Positions 48,548-58,228 of a stretch of DNA of 64,000 nucleotides are shown here, in pieces. The DNA is from Candidatus Avelusimicrobium pullicaecorum (GTDB taxonomy: Bacteria > Elusimicrobiota > Elusimicrobia > Elusimicrobiales > Elusimicrobiaceae): NCBI GenBank assembly GCA_944322825.1, contig CALUQD010000001.1, positions 16,015 through 80,014 of the forward strand. The letters are read 5' to 3'. Below the pieces are notes generated by a model. The model searched no databases, was not told the origin of the DNA, and worked only from the letters and a program-made list of their open reading frames with translations. The first letter of the stretch is position 1. Each line of letters begins with the position of its first letter. Made by a program: the position numbers and the translations under genes.

Positions 48548-51343
48548 ATGGTAAAAAAAACCGTTAAAAAAGCGGCGAAACCCGCCGCGAAAAAGGCCGT
48601 AAAAAAAGCAGTAAAATATGTATACTCGTTTGGAGCGGGTAAAGCCGAAGGAAACGGCAAAATGAAAGAGTTGTTGGGCGGAAAAGGCGCCAACCTGGCG
48701 GAAATGTCCGGCCAATTAAAACTCCCCGTCCCCCCCGGATTTACCATCACTACCGAAGTTTGCACCTATTATTGGAATAACAAACGCACGTATCCCAAAA
48801 CCTTGAAAGCCGACGTAGAAACCAATCTCAAAAAAATTGAACGCGAAACCAAAAAGCAATTCGGTTCCGAAAAGAACCCGCTTTTGGTATCCGTCCGCTC
48901 GGGCGCGCGCGCTTCTATGCCGGGTATGATGGAAACCATTTTAAACATCGGCTTGACCGAAAAAACCATCCCGGGTATGATTGCCAAAACCGGCGACCCG
49001 CGCTTTGTGTACGATGCGTACCGCCGCCTGATTATGATGTATTCCGACGTGGTAATGGAAAAAGCCGCCGGCATTGAACCCAAAGACGGCGAAGGCATCC
49101 GCAAAATTTTAGACGGAATGATGGAAGAAGTAAAACACAAATTGGGCGTGTCGGACGATACGCACATCCCGGCGGAAGAGCTCAAAAAGCTGTGCAGCGC
49201 GTTCAAAGCCACCGTCAAAAAAGTGCTCAAAAAAGACTTCCCGGACGACCCGATGGAACAGCTTTGGGGCGCTATCGGCGCGGTGTTTGCCTCCTGGAAC
49301 GGCAAACGCGCCATCGCCTACCGCAACATTGAAAACATCCCGCACGATTGGGGCACCGCCGTCAACGTGCAGACGATGGTTTTCGGCAATATGGGCGACA
49401 CCAGCGCCACCGGCGTGGCCTTCACGCGCAACCCGGGCAACGGCGACAGCCACTTCTACGGCGAATACTTAATCAACGCCCAGGGCGAAGACGTCGTGGC
49501 CGGTATCCGCACGCCGTCCCCGATGAACAAGTGGTCCACCAACGCCCATTCCAAACACTTGCCCACCTTGGAAAAAGTAATGCCCAAGGTATATAAGGAA
49601 TTGGACGCCATCCAGAAAAAACTGGAAAAACACTTCCACGATATGCTGGATATCGAATTTACCATTGAAGACCAAAAGCTGTGGATGCTCCAGTGCCGCG
49701 TCGGCAAGAGAAACGGCACCGCAGCCGTGCAGATGGCGTTGGATATGGTAAAAGAAAGACTGATTTCCAAAGAAGAAGCCGTCCTGCGCGTAACGCCTGC
49801 GCAGCTGGGCGAACTGTTGCTGCCCGCCATTGACCCCAAAGCCGAAGCCGGCGTCACGCCGATTGCCAAAGGCTTGCCTGCGGGCCCCGGCGGTGCGGCG
49901 GGTGCGATTGTGTTCAACTCGCAAGACGCCATTAAACTGCAGGAAGCGGGCAAAAACGCCATTTTAGTGCGCGAAGAAACCAACCCCGAAGATATCGAAG
50001 GGATGCGCGCGGCGGCCGGTATTTTAACCCAGCGCGGCGGTATGACCTCGCACGCGGCCCTGGTGGCGCGCGGCTGGGGCAAATGCTGCATCGTAGGCTG
50101 CGGCGAATTGGAAATCAATTTGAACGCCAAAACCGTCAAAATGGGCGGCAAAACCTTTAAAGAAGGCGACGAACTGACCTTGAACGGCACGAAAGGCTAC
50201 GTCTACCAAGGCGCGCTGAAAATGCTGGAAGCCGGCGAAGGCAATAAAAACCTGGCGGCTTTCCTTGCCTTGTGCGACAAAGTGCGCGTGCTTAAAGTCC
50301 GCGCCAACGCCGATACGGAAGACGATGCCGTCAAAGCCCGCAAATTCGGCGCCGAAGGCATTGGGCTGTTCCGCATTGAACATATGTTCTACGGCAAAAA
50401 TTCCGACAAGCCGCTTTTCATCCTGCGCAAGATGATTCTTTCCGGCAGCGAAGCAGAACGCAAAGCCGCGGTGGAAGAACTCTTCCCGTATATGAAGAAA
50501 GAAATCAAAGCCACGATGAAGGCCATGGCCGGCTACGGCGTGACCGTGCGCTTGATGGACCCGCCGCTGCACGAATTTGTGCCCACCTTGCCCGAAAAAC
50601 AGGCCGAACTGGCCAAAGCGCTGGGCATTACGATGGACGTGTTCAAAGAACGCGCCGCCGGCCTGCACGAAGTCAACCCGATGATGGGGCACCGCGGTAT
50701 CCGCTTGGGCGTGACCTATCCGGAAATCACCACGATGCAGTCCCGCGCGATTTTTGAGTCCGCGGCCGAACTGATTAAAGAAGGCGTCAAAGCCCAGCCC
50801 GAAGTGATGATCCCGCTGACCTGCGACGTCAACGAAATCATCAGCCAGAAGAAACTCATCCGCGCCGCGTATGACGAAGTGGTGGCCAAAACGAAAGTCA
50901 AAAAGCTCAACTTCTCCGTGGGCACGATGATTGAAATCCCCCGCGCGGCCGTGCTCGCTTATGAAGTGGCCGGCGAAGCGGATTTCTTCTCTTTCGGCAC
51001 CAACGACCTCACGCAGATGACCTTCGGCTTCTCGCGCGACGATATCGGTTCCTTCCTGCCCGAATACTTAAAGCAGGGTATTTTGGAAGCCGATCCGTTC
51101 CAAACGCTGGATCAGCGCGGCGTAGGAATGCTTATTGAGCACGCCGTTTGCGAAGGCCGCGAAGCCAAACCGAACTTGAAAGTCGGCATCTGCGGCGAAC
51201 ACGGCGGCGACCCGGAAAGTGTGGAATTCTGCCACCGCGAAGGGTTCACCTACGTGTCCTGCTCGGCGTTCCGCGTGCCGATAGCCCGCTTGGCCGCTGC
51301 GCAAGCCGCCGCCAAGGACGTGTTGGCCAAAAAACGCAAATAA
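48548..51343 (+). CDS. ppdK: pyruvate, phosphate dikinase
   Basis: LLGGKGANLAEM, GGMTSHAA, FSFGTNDLTQ, GICGEHGG. Confidence 0.98.
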   Translation: MVKKTVKKAAKPAAKKAVKKAVKYVYSFGAGKAEGNGKMKELLGGKGANLAEMSGQLKLPVPPGFTITTEVCTYYWNNKRTYPKTLKADVETNLKKIERETKKQFGSEKNPLLVSVRSGARASMPGMMETILNIGLTEKTIPGMIAKTGDPRFVYDAYRRLIMMYSDVVMEKAAGIEPKDGEGIRKILDGMMEEVKHKLGVSDDTHIPAEELKKLCSAFKATVKKVLKKDFPDDPMEQLWGAIGAVFASWNGKRAIAYRNIENIPHDWGTAVNVQTMVFGNMGDTSATGVAFTRNPGNGDSHFYGEYLINAQGEDVVAGIRTPSPMNKWSTNAHSKHLPTLEKVMPKVYKELDAIQKKLEKHFHDMLDIEFTIEDQKLWMLQCRVGKRNGTAAVQMALDMVKERLISKEEAVLRVTPAQLGELLLPAIDPKAEAGVTPIAKGLPAGPGGAAGAIVFNSQDAIKLQEAGKNAILVREETNPEDIEGMRAAAGILTQRGGMTSHAALVARGWGKCCIVGCGELEINLNAKTVKMGGKTFKEGDELTLNGTKGYVYQGALKMLEAGEGNKNLAAFLALCDKVRVLKVRANADTEDDAVKARKFGAEGIGLFRIEHMFYGKNSDKPLFILRKMILSGSEAERKAAVEELFPYMKKEIKATMKAMAGYGVTVRLMDPPLHEFVPTLPEKQAELAKALGITMDVFKERAAGLHEVNPMMGHRGIRLGVTYPEITTMQSRAIFESAAELIKEGVKAQPEVMIPLTCDVNEIISQKKLIRAAYDEVVAKTKVKKLNFSVGTMIEIPRAAVLAYEVAGEADFFSFGTNDLTQMTFGFSRDDIGSFLPEYLKQGILEADPFQTLDQRGVGMLIEHAVCEGREAKPNLKVGICGEHGGDPESVEFCHREGFTYVSCSAFRVPIARLAAAQAAAKDVLAKKRK

Positions 51344-51400
51344 ATATAAGGATTACAAAATGCTTCCCCTGCTGACAGGGGAAGCATTTTTTATAAACAT

Positions 51401-51964
51401 ATGAAAGATAAAATGTTGCTTCTCTTTTGGGGGCTGCTGGCCGGGGCTGTGTTTGTGGGGAGTATCTTAGGGTTTGGCTCGGCGGTCAACTGGATAAACG
51501 CCCACCGCTCTTCTGCTATATCCGCCGGTTATTTTAAAATCGGCTTAATCGTTTTTATTTGTGCTGTAGTAGGGGCTTTATTTCGGATTGGACTTTATTT
51601 TAACAATAGGATAACCCGCCGGCAAGCAGAAAAACTTTTCCCGCCCGAGTTATTGGACCGTATTTATAAAGCTCCGTTGGCTAAGGCCGTAGTGGAACAA
51701 CGCGAAGACCTGCTGGACGGGCTGCGCTTCTTGCCGGAAGAAGCCCGCATCCAAGTGGTCAATGCGCCGGTGCACAACGGGATTACCCCCTTGCATATTG
51801 CCGCCGCGCTGGGGCGCAAGAAGTTTTGCGCGCGGCTGATTGATTACGGAGCCGATTGCCAGGCCCGCGATGCAAACGGCCAAACCCCGCTGGATTATGC
51901 AGCCCGTTTGGGGCGGCAGGAAACATTGGAATGGCTGCAATCCTGCAACAAAGAATTGCGCTAA
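51401..51964 (+). CDS. membrane protein with ankyrin repeats
   Basis: Two TM helices; GITPLHIAA, GQTPLDYAA. Confidence 0.85.
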   Translation: MKDKMLLLFWGLLAGAVFVGSILGFGSAVNWINAHRSSAISAGYFKIGLIVFICAVVGALFRIGLYFNNRITRRQAEKLFPPELLDRIYKAPLAKAVVEQREDLLDGLRFLPEEARIQVVNAPVHNGITPLHIAAALGRKKFCARLIDYGADCQARDANGQTPLDYAARLGRQETLEWLQSCNKELR

Positions 51965-52097
51965 CCCGCAGCTGCGTCCGGCGGATAAAAATTTAATAGT
52001 ATTTTTATTTTTGTTTTTGCTATACTTTTTCAGATGATTGTTTTATCAATCATCATATCTTAGGCCCCCGCAAAGGGGCTACGAAGGAGACTGTTCC

Positions 52098-52400
52098 ATG
52101 AAAAAGGTGTTATTGATGGTTTTTGCCGCGGGTATGTTAGCCGCGTGCGCTACCCCCAGCACGGAAGTGGGCACGGCGTTGTTCGCTTTTACCCAACAGC
52201 CGATGAACGCCACCGAAGCCGCCGGCACCAAAACGGGCCGCGCCTGTGCAACGAATATCTTGGGGCTGTATATCTCGGGTGATATGTCTGTGGAAGCGGC
52301 CAAAAAGAATGGCAAAATCACCAAAGTGGCTTCTATCGACAAAGACATCAAGAGCTATGCCGTCTACTCCGAAGTCTGCACAGTCGTAACTGGGTATTAA
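52098..52400 (+). CDS. TRL-like family lipoprotein
   Basis: LAAC lipobox; G.ACATNILGL..GD.SVEAAKKNG.ITKV.SID...CT.VTG. Confidence 0.75.
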   Translation: MKKVLLMVFAAGMLAACATPSTEVGTALFAFTQQPMNATEAAGTKTGRACATNILGLYISGDMSVEAAKKNGKITKVASIDKDIKSYAVYSEVCTVVTGY

Positions 52401-52500
52401 TCTGTCAAAAAAGGGGCTGGGGTTTCCTCGGCCCCTTGTCATTATATAGACCGAAGCACTCTTTTGTATTTCGCTAAACTGTTTTGTGCTGAGGATTTTT

Positions 52501-53010
52501 ATGAATTTGCTCGTTTTTGTTTTATTATTAGCAGCTGGATGGATATTTGTTTTAGCTGTACAACGCAGCCGCAAGAAACATCTTTTTATAGAAGTAATCC
52601 CCCCTATTGTCGAATTTTTAAGCACGGAACTAAATCGCTTTCCCCTGCACCAAGCTGTATTTCAAAATGATTTTCACGCCGTAGATAAGCTGTTAAAACA
52701 ATCTTACCGGCTGGATATGGAAACAGACGACGGCCAAACCCCGCTGCATATCGCCGCCGAATGCGGGCTGGACGGAATGTGCCGCCATTTATTAAAACGC
52801 GGCGCCCGCATAGACGCGCGGGACAATTTTGGCGGAACCCCTCTGCACGCGGCCGCGGCCTGCCAAAGCGGGGTAAAGGTAATTAAAACCCTGGTGGAAC
52901 ACGGGGCGGACCTGCGCTTAAAAGATGCCGCCGGTATGACGCCTGCCGCCCTGGCCGAAAAATACAAACATTATAAAATAGCCGCTTACCTAAAACTGCG
53001 CGGCAGCTAG
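52501..53010 (+). CDS. membrane-anchored ankyrin repeat protein
   Basis: N-terminal TM; GQTPLHIAA, GGTPLHAAA, GMTPAALA. Confidence 0.85.
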   Translation: MNLLVFVLLLAAGWIFVLAVQRSRKKHLFIEVIPPIVEFLSTELNRFPLHQAVFQNDFHAVDKLLKQSYRLDMETDDGQTPLHIAAECGLDGMCRHLLKRGARIDARDNFGGTPLHAAAACQSGVKVIKTLVEHGADLRLKDAAGMTPAALAEKYKHYKIAAYLKLRGS

Positions 53011-53055
53011 GCCGAACGGTTCCTTTTGGCCTAGGACCTTTTTCTGCTTGCATCT

Positions 53056-53098
53056 GGGCCCAAGGACCCTGGTTTTTCCCCTGTTAAACAGGCATACT
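53056..53098 (+). promoter_or_regulatory. RGGYC-N4-GRCCY site plus promoter
   Basis: GGGCCCAAGGACCC (53056-53069), then TGGTTT-17-CATACT. Confidence 0.7.
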
Positions 53099-53122
53099 GT
53101 AACTATACAGGAGGAAAACTAT

Positions 53123-53215
53123 ATGCAACTATCCGCAGACAAATTTTTGATTATGAGTATGGAATTTATCGCCGTATCCACCCAAGGGGGCCAAACCCCG
53201 TTTTTAGCTGCGTAA
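53123..53215 (+). CDS. 30-aa small protein ending in -FLAA (not in ORF track)
   Basis: CAGGAGG RBS; MQLSADKFLIMSMEFIAVSTQGGQTPFLAA; followed by a terminator. Confidence 0.6.
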   Translation: MQLSADKFLIMSMEFIAVSTQGGQTPFLAA

Positions 53216-53230
53216 GGATTTTTCTCCTTG

Positions 53231-53262
53231 CCGCCTGCCCAACCCGGCAGGCGGTTCTTTTT
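53231..53262 (+). terminator. intrinsic terminator
   Basis: CCGCCTGCC-loop-GGCAGGCGG-TTCTTTTT. Confidence 0.8.
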
Positions 53263-53322
53263 GCCCGTTTTCGGAGGGCAAATCCCCTTTACGCCGCCGG
53301 GATTATTTACTAAAATATAACA

Positions 53323-53916
53323 ATGAAACCTTTTCCCATCATCGTATCTTCTCCGTCCGGCGCCGGCAAGACGACTATTGTGGACGCTGTGCTAAAGCGC
53401 AATCACACCGTTTCGCGCGTGATTACCGCCACCACCCGCGCCCCCCGCACCGGCGAGAAGGACGGCGTGGATTATTTGTTTTGGAGTATTAAACAGTTTG
53501 AACAGGCCATCAAAAAAGGCCAAATGCTGGAATGGGCCCAAGTGCATACGCACTACTACGGCATTCCTAAAAAATCCGTAGATGGACTAATGAAAAAAGG
53601 CATTTGCCCTATTTTGGTGATTGACGTGCAAGGCGCGCGCACCGTAAAAGCCCAATACCCGCAGGCGGCCACCGTTTTTATCGTGCCGCCCAGCTTAAAG
53701 GAACTTAAAAAGCGCATTTTGGGCCGCAACGACAATACGCAGGATATCGAAATCCGCCTGGAAACGGCCAAAAAAGAAATGCTGGAGCTGGACCATTACG
53801 ATTACGCCTTGCTTAACGACGATTTGGGAGAAGCCGTAGATCAAATGGCAGGAATCATTGCGGCCGAGCAGTGCCGCGTATGCCGGCAGGATTTAAAAAT
53901 TAAAAACCTGAAGTAA
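53323..53916 (+). CDS. gmk: guanylate kinase
   Basis: SPSGAGKTT, TTRAPRTGEKDGVDYLF, IDVQGA. Confidence 0.96.
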   Translation: MKPFPIIVSSPSGAGKTTIVDAVLKRNHTVSRVITATTRAPRTGEKDGVDYLFWSIKQFEQAIKKGQMLEWAQVHTHYYGIPKKSVDGLMKKGICPILVIDVQGARTVKAQYPQAATVFIVPPSLKELKKRILGRNDNTQDIEIRLETAKKEMLELDHYDYALLNDDLGEAVDQMAGIIAAEQCRVCRQDLKIKNLK

Positions 53917-53932
53917 AACGAGGGAGCGAAAT

Positions 53933-54229
53933 ATGTCCGTAAAAAACGATAAAGAATTTGACGCCAAATTGATGAATTTTGACGGCGACCGCTATGATGT
54001 GGTGGTGCTGGCGTCTGTTTGGGCCAAGGAACTTAAGAAAAAAGATGAATATAAAAATCAGCCCAATGCCGTCGTGATTAAAGTAGCGTTGGACGATATT
54101 TTGTCCAACCGCATCTCCAAAGACGAAGTGCTCCGCATCAGCAAAGAAAACCTGGAAGCCGAACTCAAAGCCCAGGAAGAAGCCCGCAAAGAAGCGGAAC
54201 GCAAAGCCAAAGAACCGATGAAGCTGTAA
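53933..54229 (+). CDS. rpoZ: RNA polymerase omega subunit (divergent)
   Basis: Follows gmk; RYDVVVLASVWAKEL...VIKVALDDI. Confidence 0.7.
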   Translation: MSVKNDKEFDAKLMNFDGDRYDVVVLASVWAKELKKKDEYKNQPNAVVIKVALDDILSNRISKDEVLRISKENLEAELKAQEEARKEAERKAKEPMKL

Positions 54230-54232
54230 ACT

Positions 54233-55195
54233 ATGGCAAACGATTCGCTGCGCCGGCTGGCTTCGGATTTTAAAACTTTTCTGGCCGCCCAGGACGAAGA
54301 CGAATTTGTTTCGGCGGCTGCGCCCTTGCGCGCGGCCGCCGCTGTTTCCGGCGGGGAACCGGCCCCTAAGCCGCTTCCTAAAATGCCGGAGGGCGAAACG
54401 CTGACGGTGGAATTCCCGCGAGCGGATTTACCCGTGGCCGAAAAACCGTCCCCAACCGTTTTGGCTCCGTCTGCCGCGCCTATGGCAGGGCAAGCCTGCT
54501 CCGCCGCGCCGGCAGGAAATACCCCGCAGCCGGCTCCGTCCACCGCGAACGAACTGCTTATGAACACCGCCCAAAAAACCGCCGCTTTGGCCGAATTGGC
54601 CGAAACCATCAAAACATGCACCCGCTGCCCGCTGGGCGCTACGCGTTTAAACGCCGTCCCCGGCGAAGGCAACGTAGACGCCGAGGTAATGTTCGTGGGC
54701 GAAGGCCCCGGCTTCGACGAAGACCGCCAAGGCCGCCCGTTTGTGGGCCGCGCCGGGCAGTTATTGGATAAAATGATTGTGGCAATGGGCCTCACGCGCG
54801 AACAAGTTTTTATCGCCAACATTGCCAAATGCCACCCGATGACGGACCCGCTCCACCCCGAAAAGCATGGCAACGACCGCGCCCCCAACGCCGAGGAAAT
54901 CGCCTGCTGCCGCAAATATATTGAAAAACAAATCTCCATTATTTGCCCCAAATATGTAGTGGCGCTGGGCGGCGTGGCGGCCAAGGCGCTGATTGCGGAT
55001 GCGAAATCCTTAGGGGCGCTGCGCGGCCAATTTTACGATTTGCACCTGGACAGCGTCACTTTGCCGCGCCCGGTTAAAATTTTAGCTACGTTCCACCCGG
55101 CCGCGCTCTTGCGCAACCCCGGCTGGAAAAAAGACGCCTGGACGGACCTGCAAATGGTAATGGACCAACTGGGTCTACAAGGCGCCCGGAAATAA
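54233..55195 (+). CDS. family 4 uracil-DNA glycosylase (Fe-S) with long N-terminal linker
   Basis: CTRCPL, GEGPGFDEDRQGRPFVGRAG, TFHPAALLR. Confidence 0.93.
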   Translation: MANDSLRRLASDFKTFLAAQDEDEFVSAAAPLRAAAAVSGGEPAPKPLPKMPEGETLTVEFPRADLPVAEKPSPTVLAPSAAPMAGQACSAAPAGNTPQPAPSTANELLMNTAQKTAALAELAETIKTCTRCPLGATRLNAVPGEGNVDAEVMFVGEGPGFDEDRQGRPFVGRAGQLLDKMIVAMGLTREQVFIANIAKCHPMTDPLHPEKHGNDRAPNAEEIACCRKYIEKQISIICPKYVVALGGVAAKALIADAKSLGALRGQFYDLHLDSVTLPRPVKILATFHPAALLRNPGWKKDAWTDLQMVMDQLGLQGARK

Positions 55196-55208
55196 ATTTA
55201 CTTCCCTT

Positions 55209-57179
55209 ATGTACTGCAAAGTGGTGTATGATGTCCCGCTGGACCGCGATTTCGACTACGCCGTCCCCGCCGAGCTGGAAGATAAAATCATCCCCGGCGT
55301 GCGCGTAACGGCGCCGTTTGGCCGCGTGCTGACGGGCGGAATGGTTACGGCGGTGAGTGAAATCTGCACTGCGCCGCAAAACGTCAAACTCAAAGAAATT
55401 GCTTCCGTGGTGGACAAACGCCCGCTGTTTGGGTCGGACTTATTCCCCTTAATGCGGTTTATGAAGGCCCATTGGGGCGGCCCGATTGGGCAAATTTTGT
55501 TTGCCCTGGTGCCACCGCAGCCGTATTTTAAATTGGACACGGCCCCCACCTCCGTGCATATAGACATAAAAACCCCCTCTTATAGCCTTACGCCTTCACA
55601 GGAAAACGCTTTAAAAACGGTGCGCTCTTTCCCGGCGTACGAATTTCACCCGGTGCTCTTAAACGGGCCGGCCTATACCGGCAAGACGGAAACGGTCCTG
55701 CGTTTGGCGGGCGAAGTGCTGGCGGGCTACGGGCAGGCGCTCATCACCGTGCCGGATATTGTGGCCGCGCGGCAGTTTATTGCGGAAGCCGAAGCACGCT
55801 TCGGCGCGGATAATGTGTTCTGCTGGCACAGCCGGATGCTTTTAAGCAAAAAGAAAAAATACTTTTCGGCCGTATCCAACGGGCTCCCCTGCGTGGTGAT
55901 TTCCACCCGTTCGGGTGCCTTGCTGCCATTTAAAAACCTGCGTCTGGCCGCCGTGTTGGACGAAGGGGACGATAATTACAAGCAGGAAGAAAACAAGCCC
56001 TATTATCATTTGCGCGATTTACTGTTCTTCCGCGCCAAAACGCACGGGGCGGTCTTGCTGTTTGCCTCGGCCACGCCCAGCGCCGAACTGTTAAAAATGG
56101 TGCAAGAGGGCCGCGTGCTGGAACTGCCGTTTGTGCAGCCGGTGCCGGGGCACGCCTTTGTACCGCAAATTAAACTCACGGATAAAAAGAGCGAAAAAAG
56201 CCGCTTTCTATCGGACTTTTTGCTTGAACAGCTGGCCGAAAACATCCGCCGAAAGGAAACTTCCCTTTTGATTTTAAACCGCCGCGGCTATTCCAACGCG
56301 TATTATTGTTTAAATTGCGGCGCTTACGCCAAATGCAAAAAATGCGGCGCCATTTTAGCGCGCGAAAATACGCCCGAACACGGCGACCGGTTAGTCTGCA
56401 AAAAATGCGGCCACACGGAAACGCTGCAGCAACAATGCCCCCAGTGTCAAAATTTAATTTTTAAATCGCGCGGCGGCGGTACGCAAAAAATCGTTACGGA
56501 GCTGACCAAATTTTTCCCTAAAGCGCATTTATTGCGCTTGGATTCCGATACGCTAAAAACCAAATCCGGCCAAGGCTTCGAGGCGCTTAGCGCGTTAAAA
56601 AGCGGCCGGGCGGATATCATCGTAGGGACGCGGCTGGCCTCGGGTGCGCTGCGCGGCGCCAAAGTGACGCTGGCCGCCGTATTGGATGCGGAGTTGGAAT
56701 TGGACGGACCGGATTTCCGCGCGTCGGAAAAGTACGGCCAAATGCTCTTTGCGTTGCGGGGCCATTTATCGGGTGTGCCGGATGGACGGCTGATTATCCA
56801 GGCGGCCGATAAAGACGCCTACGACTATTCCCCCCTTTTGCAGGGCGATTATGCGGCCGCCGCCCAAACAGAACTTGCTTTGCGGGAAAGTTTTTTGTAT
56901 CCTCCTTTTGTACATTTGATTAAAGTACTGGTAAAAGCCAAAGAAACGGCGGTGTTAAACGCCGAAACCGCGCGCATCAAACGCTTGGCCGCGCCGTTTG
57001 TACTGGAAACATTAGGCCCGGTGTGGTGCGCCAAAAAAACGGATGTACTTAAAAAGCAATACTTGTTGTTTAAGGCGGCCGAGGACCGCTGGCTGGAATT
57101 GCTGGCCGAATTAGATTCTTTCGTGCCGGCTAAAAAAGCGGCGGTAAAAGTGTCGGCCGATCCATACGATTTTTATTAA
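55209..57179 (+). CDS. priA: primosomal protein N' (degenerate helicase motifs)
   Basis: DRDFDY..P, G.RV.APFG, LNRRGYS, four CxxC pairs, PDFRASE, YPPF. Confidence 0.9.
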   Translation: MYCKVVYDVPLDRDFDYAVPAELEDKIIPGVRVTAPFGRVLTGGMVTAVSEICTAPQNVKLKEIASVVDKRPLFGSDLFPLMRFMKAHWGGPIGQILFALVPPQPYFKLDTAPTSVHIDIKTPSYSLTPSQENALKTVRSFPAYEFHPVLLNGPAYTGKTETVLRLAGEVLAGYGQALITVPDIVAARQFIAEAEARFGADNVFCWHSRMLLSKKKKYFSAVSNGLPCVVISTRSGALLPFKNLRLAAVLDEGDDNYKQEENKPYYHLRDLLFFRAKTHGAVLLFASATPSAELLKMVQEGRVLELPFVQPVPGHAFVPQIKLTDKKSEKSRFLSDFLLEQLAENIRRKETSLLILNRRGYSNAYYCLNCGAYAKCKKCGAILARENTPEHGDRLVCKKCGHTETLQQQCPQCQNLIFKSRGGGTQKIVTELTKFFPKAHLLRLDSDTLKTKSGQGFEALSALKSGRADIIVGTRLASGALRGAKVTLAAVLDAELELDGPDFRASEKYGQMLFALRGHLSGVPDGRLIIQAADKDAYDYSPLLQGDYAAAAQTELALRESFLYPPFVHLIKVLVKAKETAVLNAETARIKRLAAPFVLETLGPVWCAKKTDVLKKQYLLFKAAEDRWLELLAELDSFVPAKKAAVKVSADPYDFY

Positions 57180-57188
57180 GGAGAAAAT

Positions 57189-57755
57189 ATGAAATTGCTC
57201 AACTTGTTCAACTTTTTCACCCGGTCCGGACGGGAAGAATTTGCCGCCGTCAGCTTGCCGGTACAGGCGGTGTCTTTTTTACTGACGACAGGCACCTTGC
57301 TGTTGGTGCCCTCCAGCGGAGAAATGGACTTGGCCAAATCGATTGTGCTGGTAGTGGTAGGCTTATTAAAGATACCGGTTTCGCTGGTGTTGGTGTGGCT
57401 GTCTTTGGCGGTGTTTTTCCGGCGGCTGCACGATTTAAATTTGTCCGGTTGGTGGTATGTAGGCTATTTGATTGCCGTCACGGCGGGTGCGTTTGTTTGG
57501 CCCCAGCTGTGGTGGGTATTTACCGGGTTGGGAATGGCGGTGTTTTTAGCACTGTCCCTTAAAAAAGGAACGCCGGGGCCAAACCGCTTTGGTCAAGAAG
57601 CGGGGCCGTTTTTCCCCCATTTTTTTGCAGCCCGCTCGTGGGTATTGGGCGTACTGATTGCGGGGATAGTGATTTTTTCGCTGGGGCAGACGGTTGTTTT
57701 CCGTATGCAGAATTCCAAAATTCAAACGGCGGTTTTCTCCACCCAATTTCGCTAA
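57189..57755 (+). CDS. DUF805 domain membrane protein
   Basis: RRLHDLNLSGWW, GTPGPNRFG. Confidence 0.88.
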   Translation: MKLLNLFNFFTRSGREEFAAVSLPVQAVSFLLTTGTLLLVPSSGEMDLAKSIVLVVVGLLKIPVSLVLVWLSLAVFFRRLHDLNLSGWWYVGYLIAVTAGAFVWPQLWWVFTGLGMAVFLALSLKKGTPGPNRFGQEAGPFFPHFFAARSWVLGVLIAGIVIFSLGQTVVFRMQNSKIQTAVFSTQFR

Positions 57756-57818
57756 CCCTTTTTTAAGGGAACTTAAAAACACTGGGTTTGCTATACTATA
57801 CGCATAATAGGGGGGCTT

Positions 57819-58145
57819 ATGAATATAAGATTGGGCCGGTTAGGTTATTTACTGCGATTGTTTCCAGTTATCCTTTTGTACGGGCTGGGTGCCTTGTTGT
57901 GGATTATGGGCGGAAAGGGCGAAAGCCTCAACCCGATAGCGCTGGTGTTCTTGTTTTTTGGCAGCGGGATTTTATTGCTGGCGTTTCTGTCGTGGTGGTT
58001 TGCGTCGGTGCGGCGGCTGCACGATATGGGGCTGTCCGGCTGGTGGTTTTTGCTGGTGATGTTTTTTCCGTTTCTCGTTTTAGTGCTGTGCGTGTGGCCG
58101 GGAGAACGCGGATTTAACCGGTTTGGACCGCCGATGGAGTATTAA
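57819..58145 (+). CDS. DUF805 domain membrane protein
   Basis: RRLHDMGLSGWW, G..G.NRFGP. Confidence 0.88.
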   Translation: MNIRLGRLGYLLRLFPVILLYGLGALLWIMGGKGESLNPIALVFLFFGSGILLLAFLSWWFASVRRLHDMGLSGWWFLLVMFFPFLVLVLCVWPGERGFNRFGPPMEY

Positions 58146-58228
58146 AAAGGCTTTGACGAAGGACCGCCCGCCGGGTTTTCGGCGGGCGGTTTTGGTTTGT
58201 ATATGGTAAAATATAAAAAATAGCCCGT

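Noticed and set aside
53100-53260. tmRNA, suggested by the LAA-stop reading frame
   Set aside because: No tRNA-like acceptor or T-arm (GGTTCGA...CCACCA), too short, and it has its own SD and ATG
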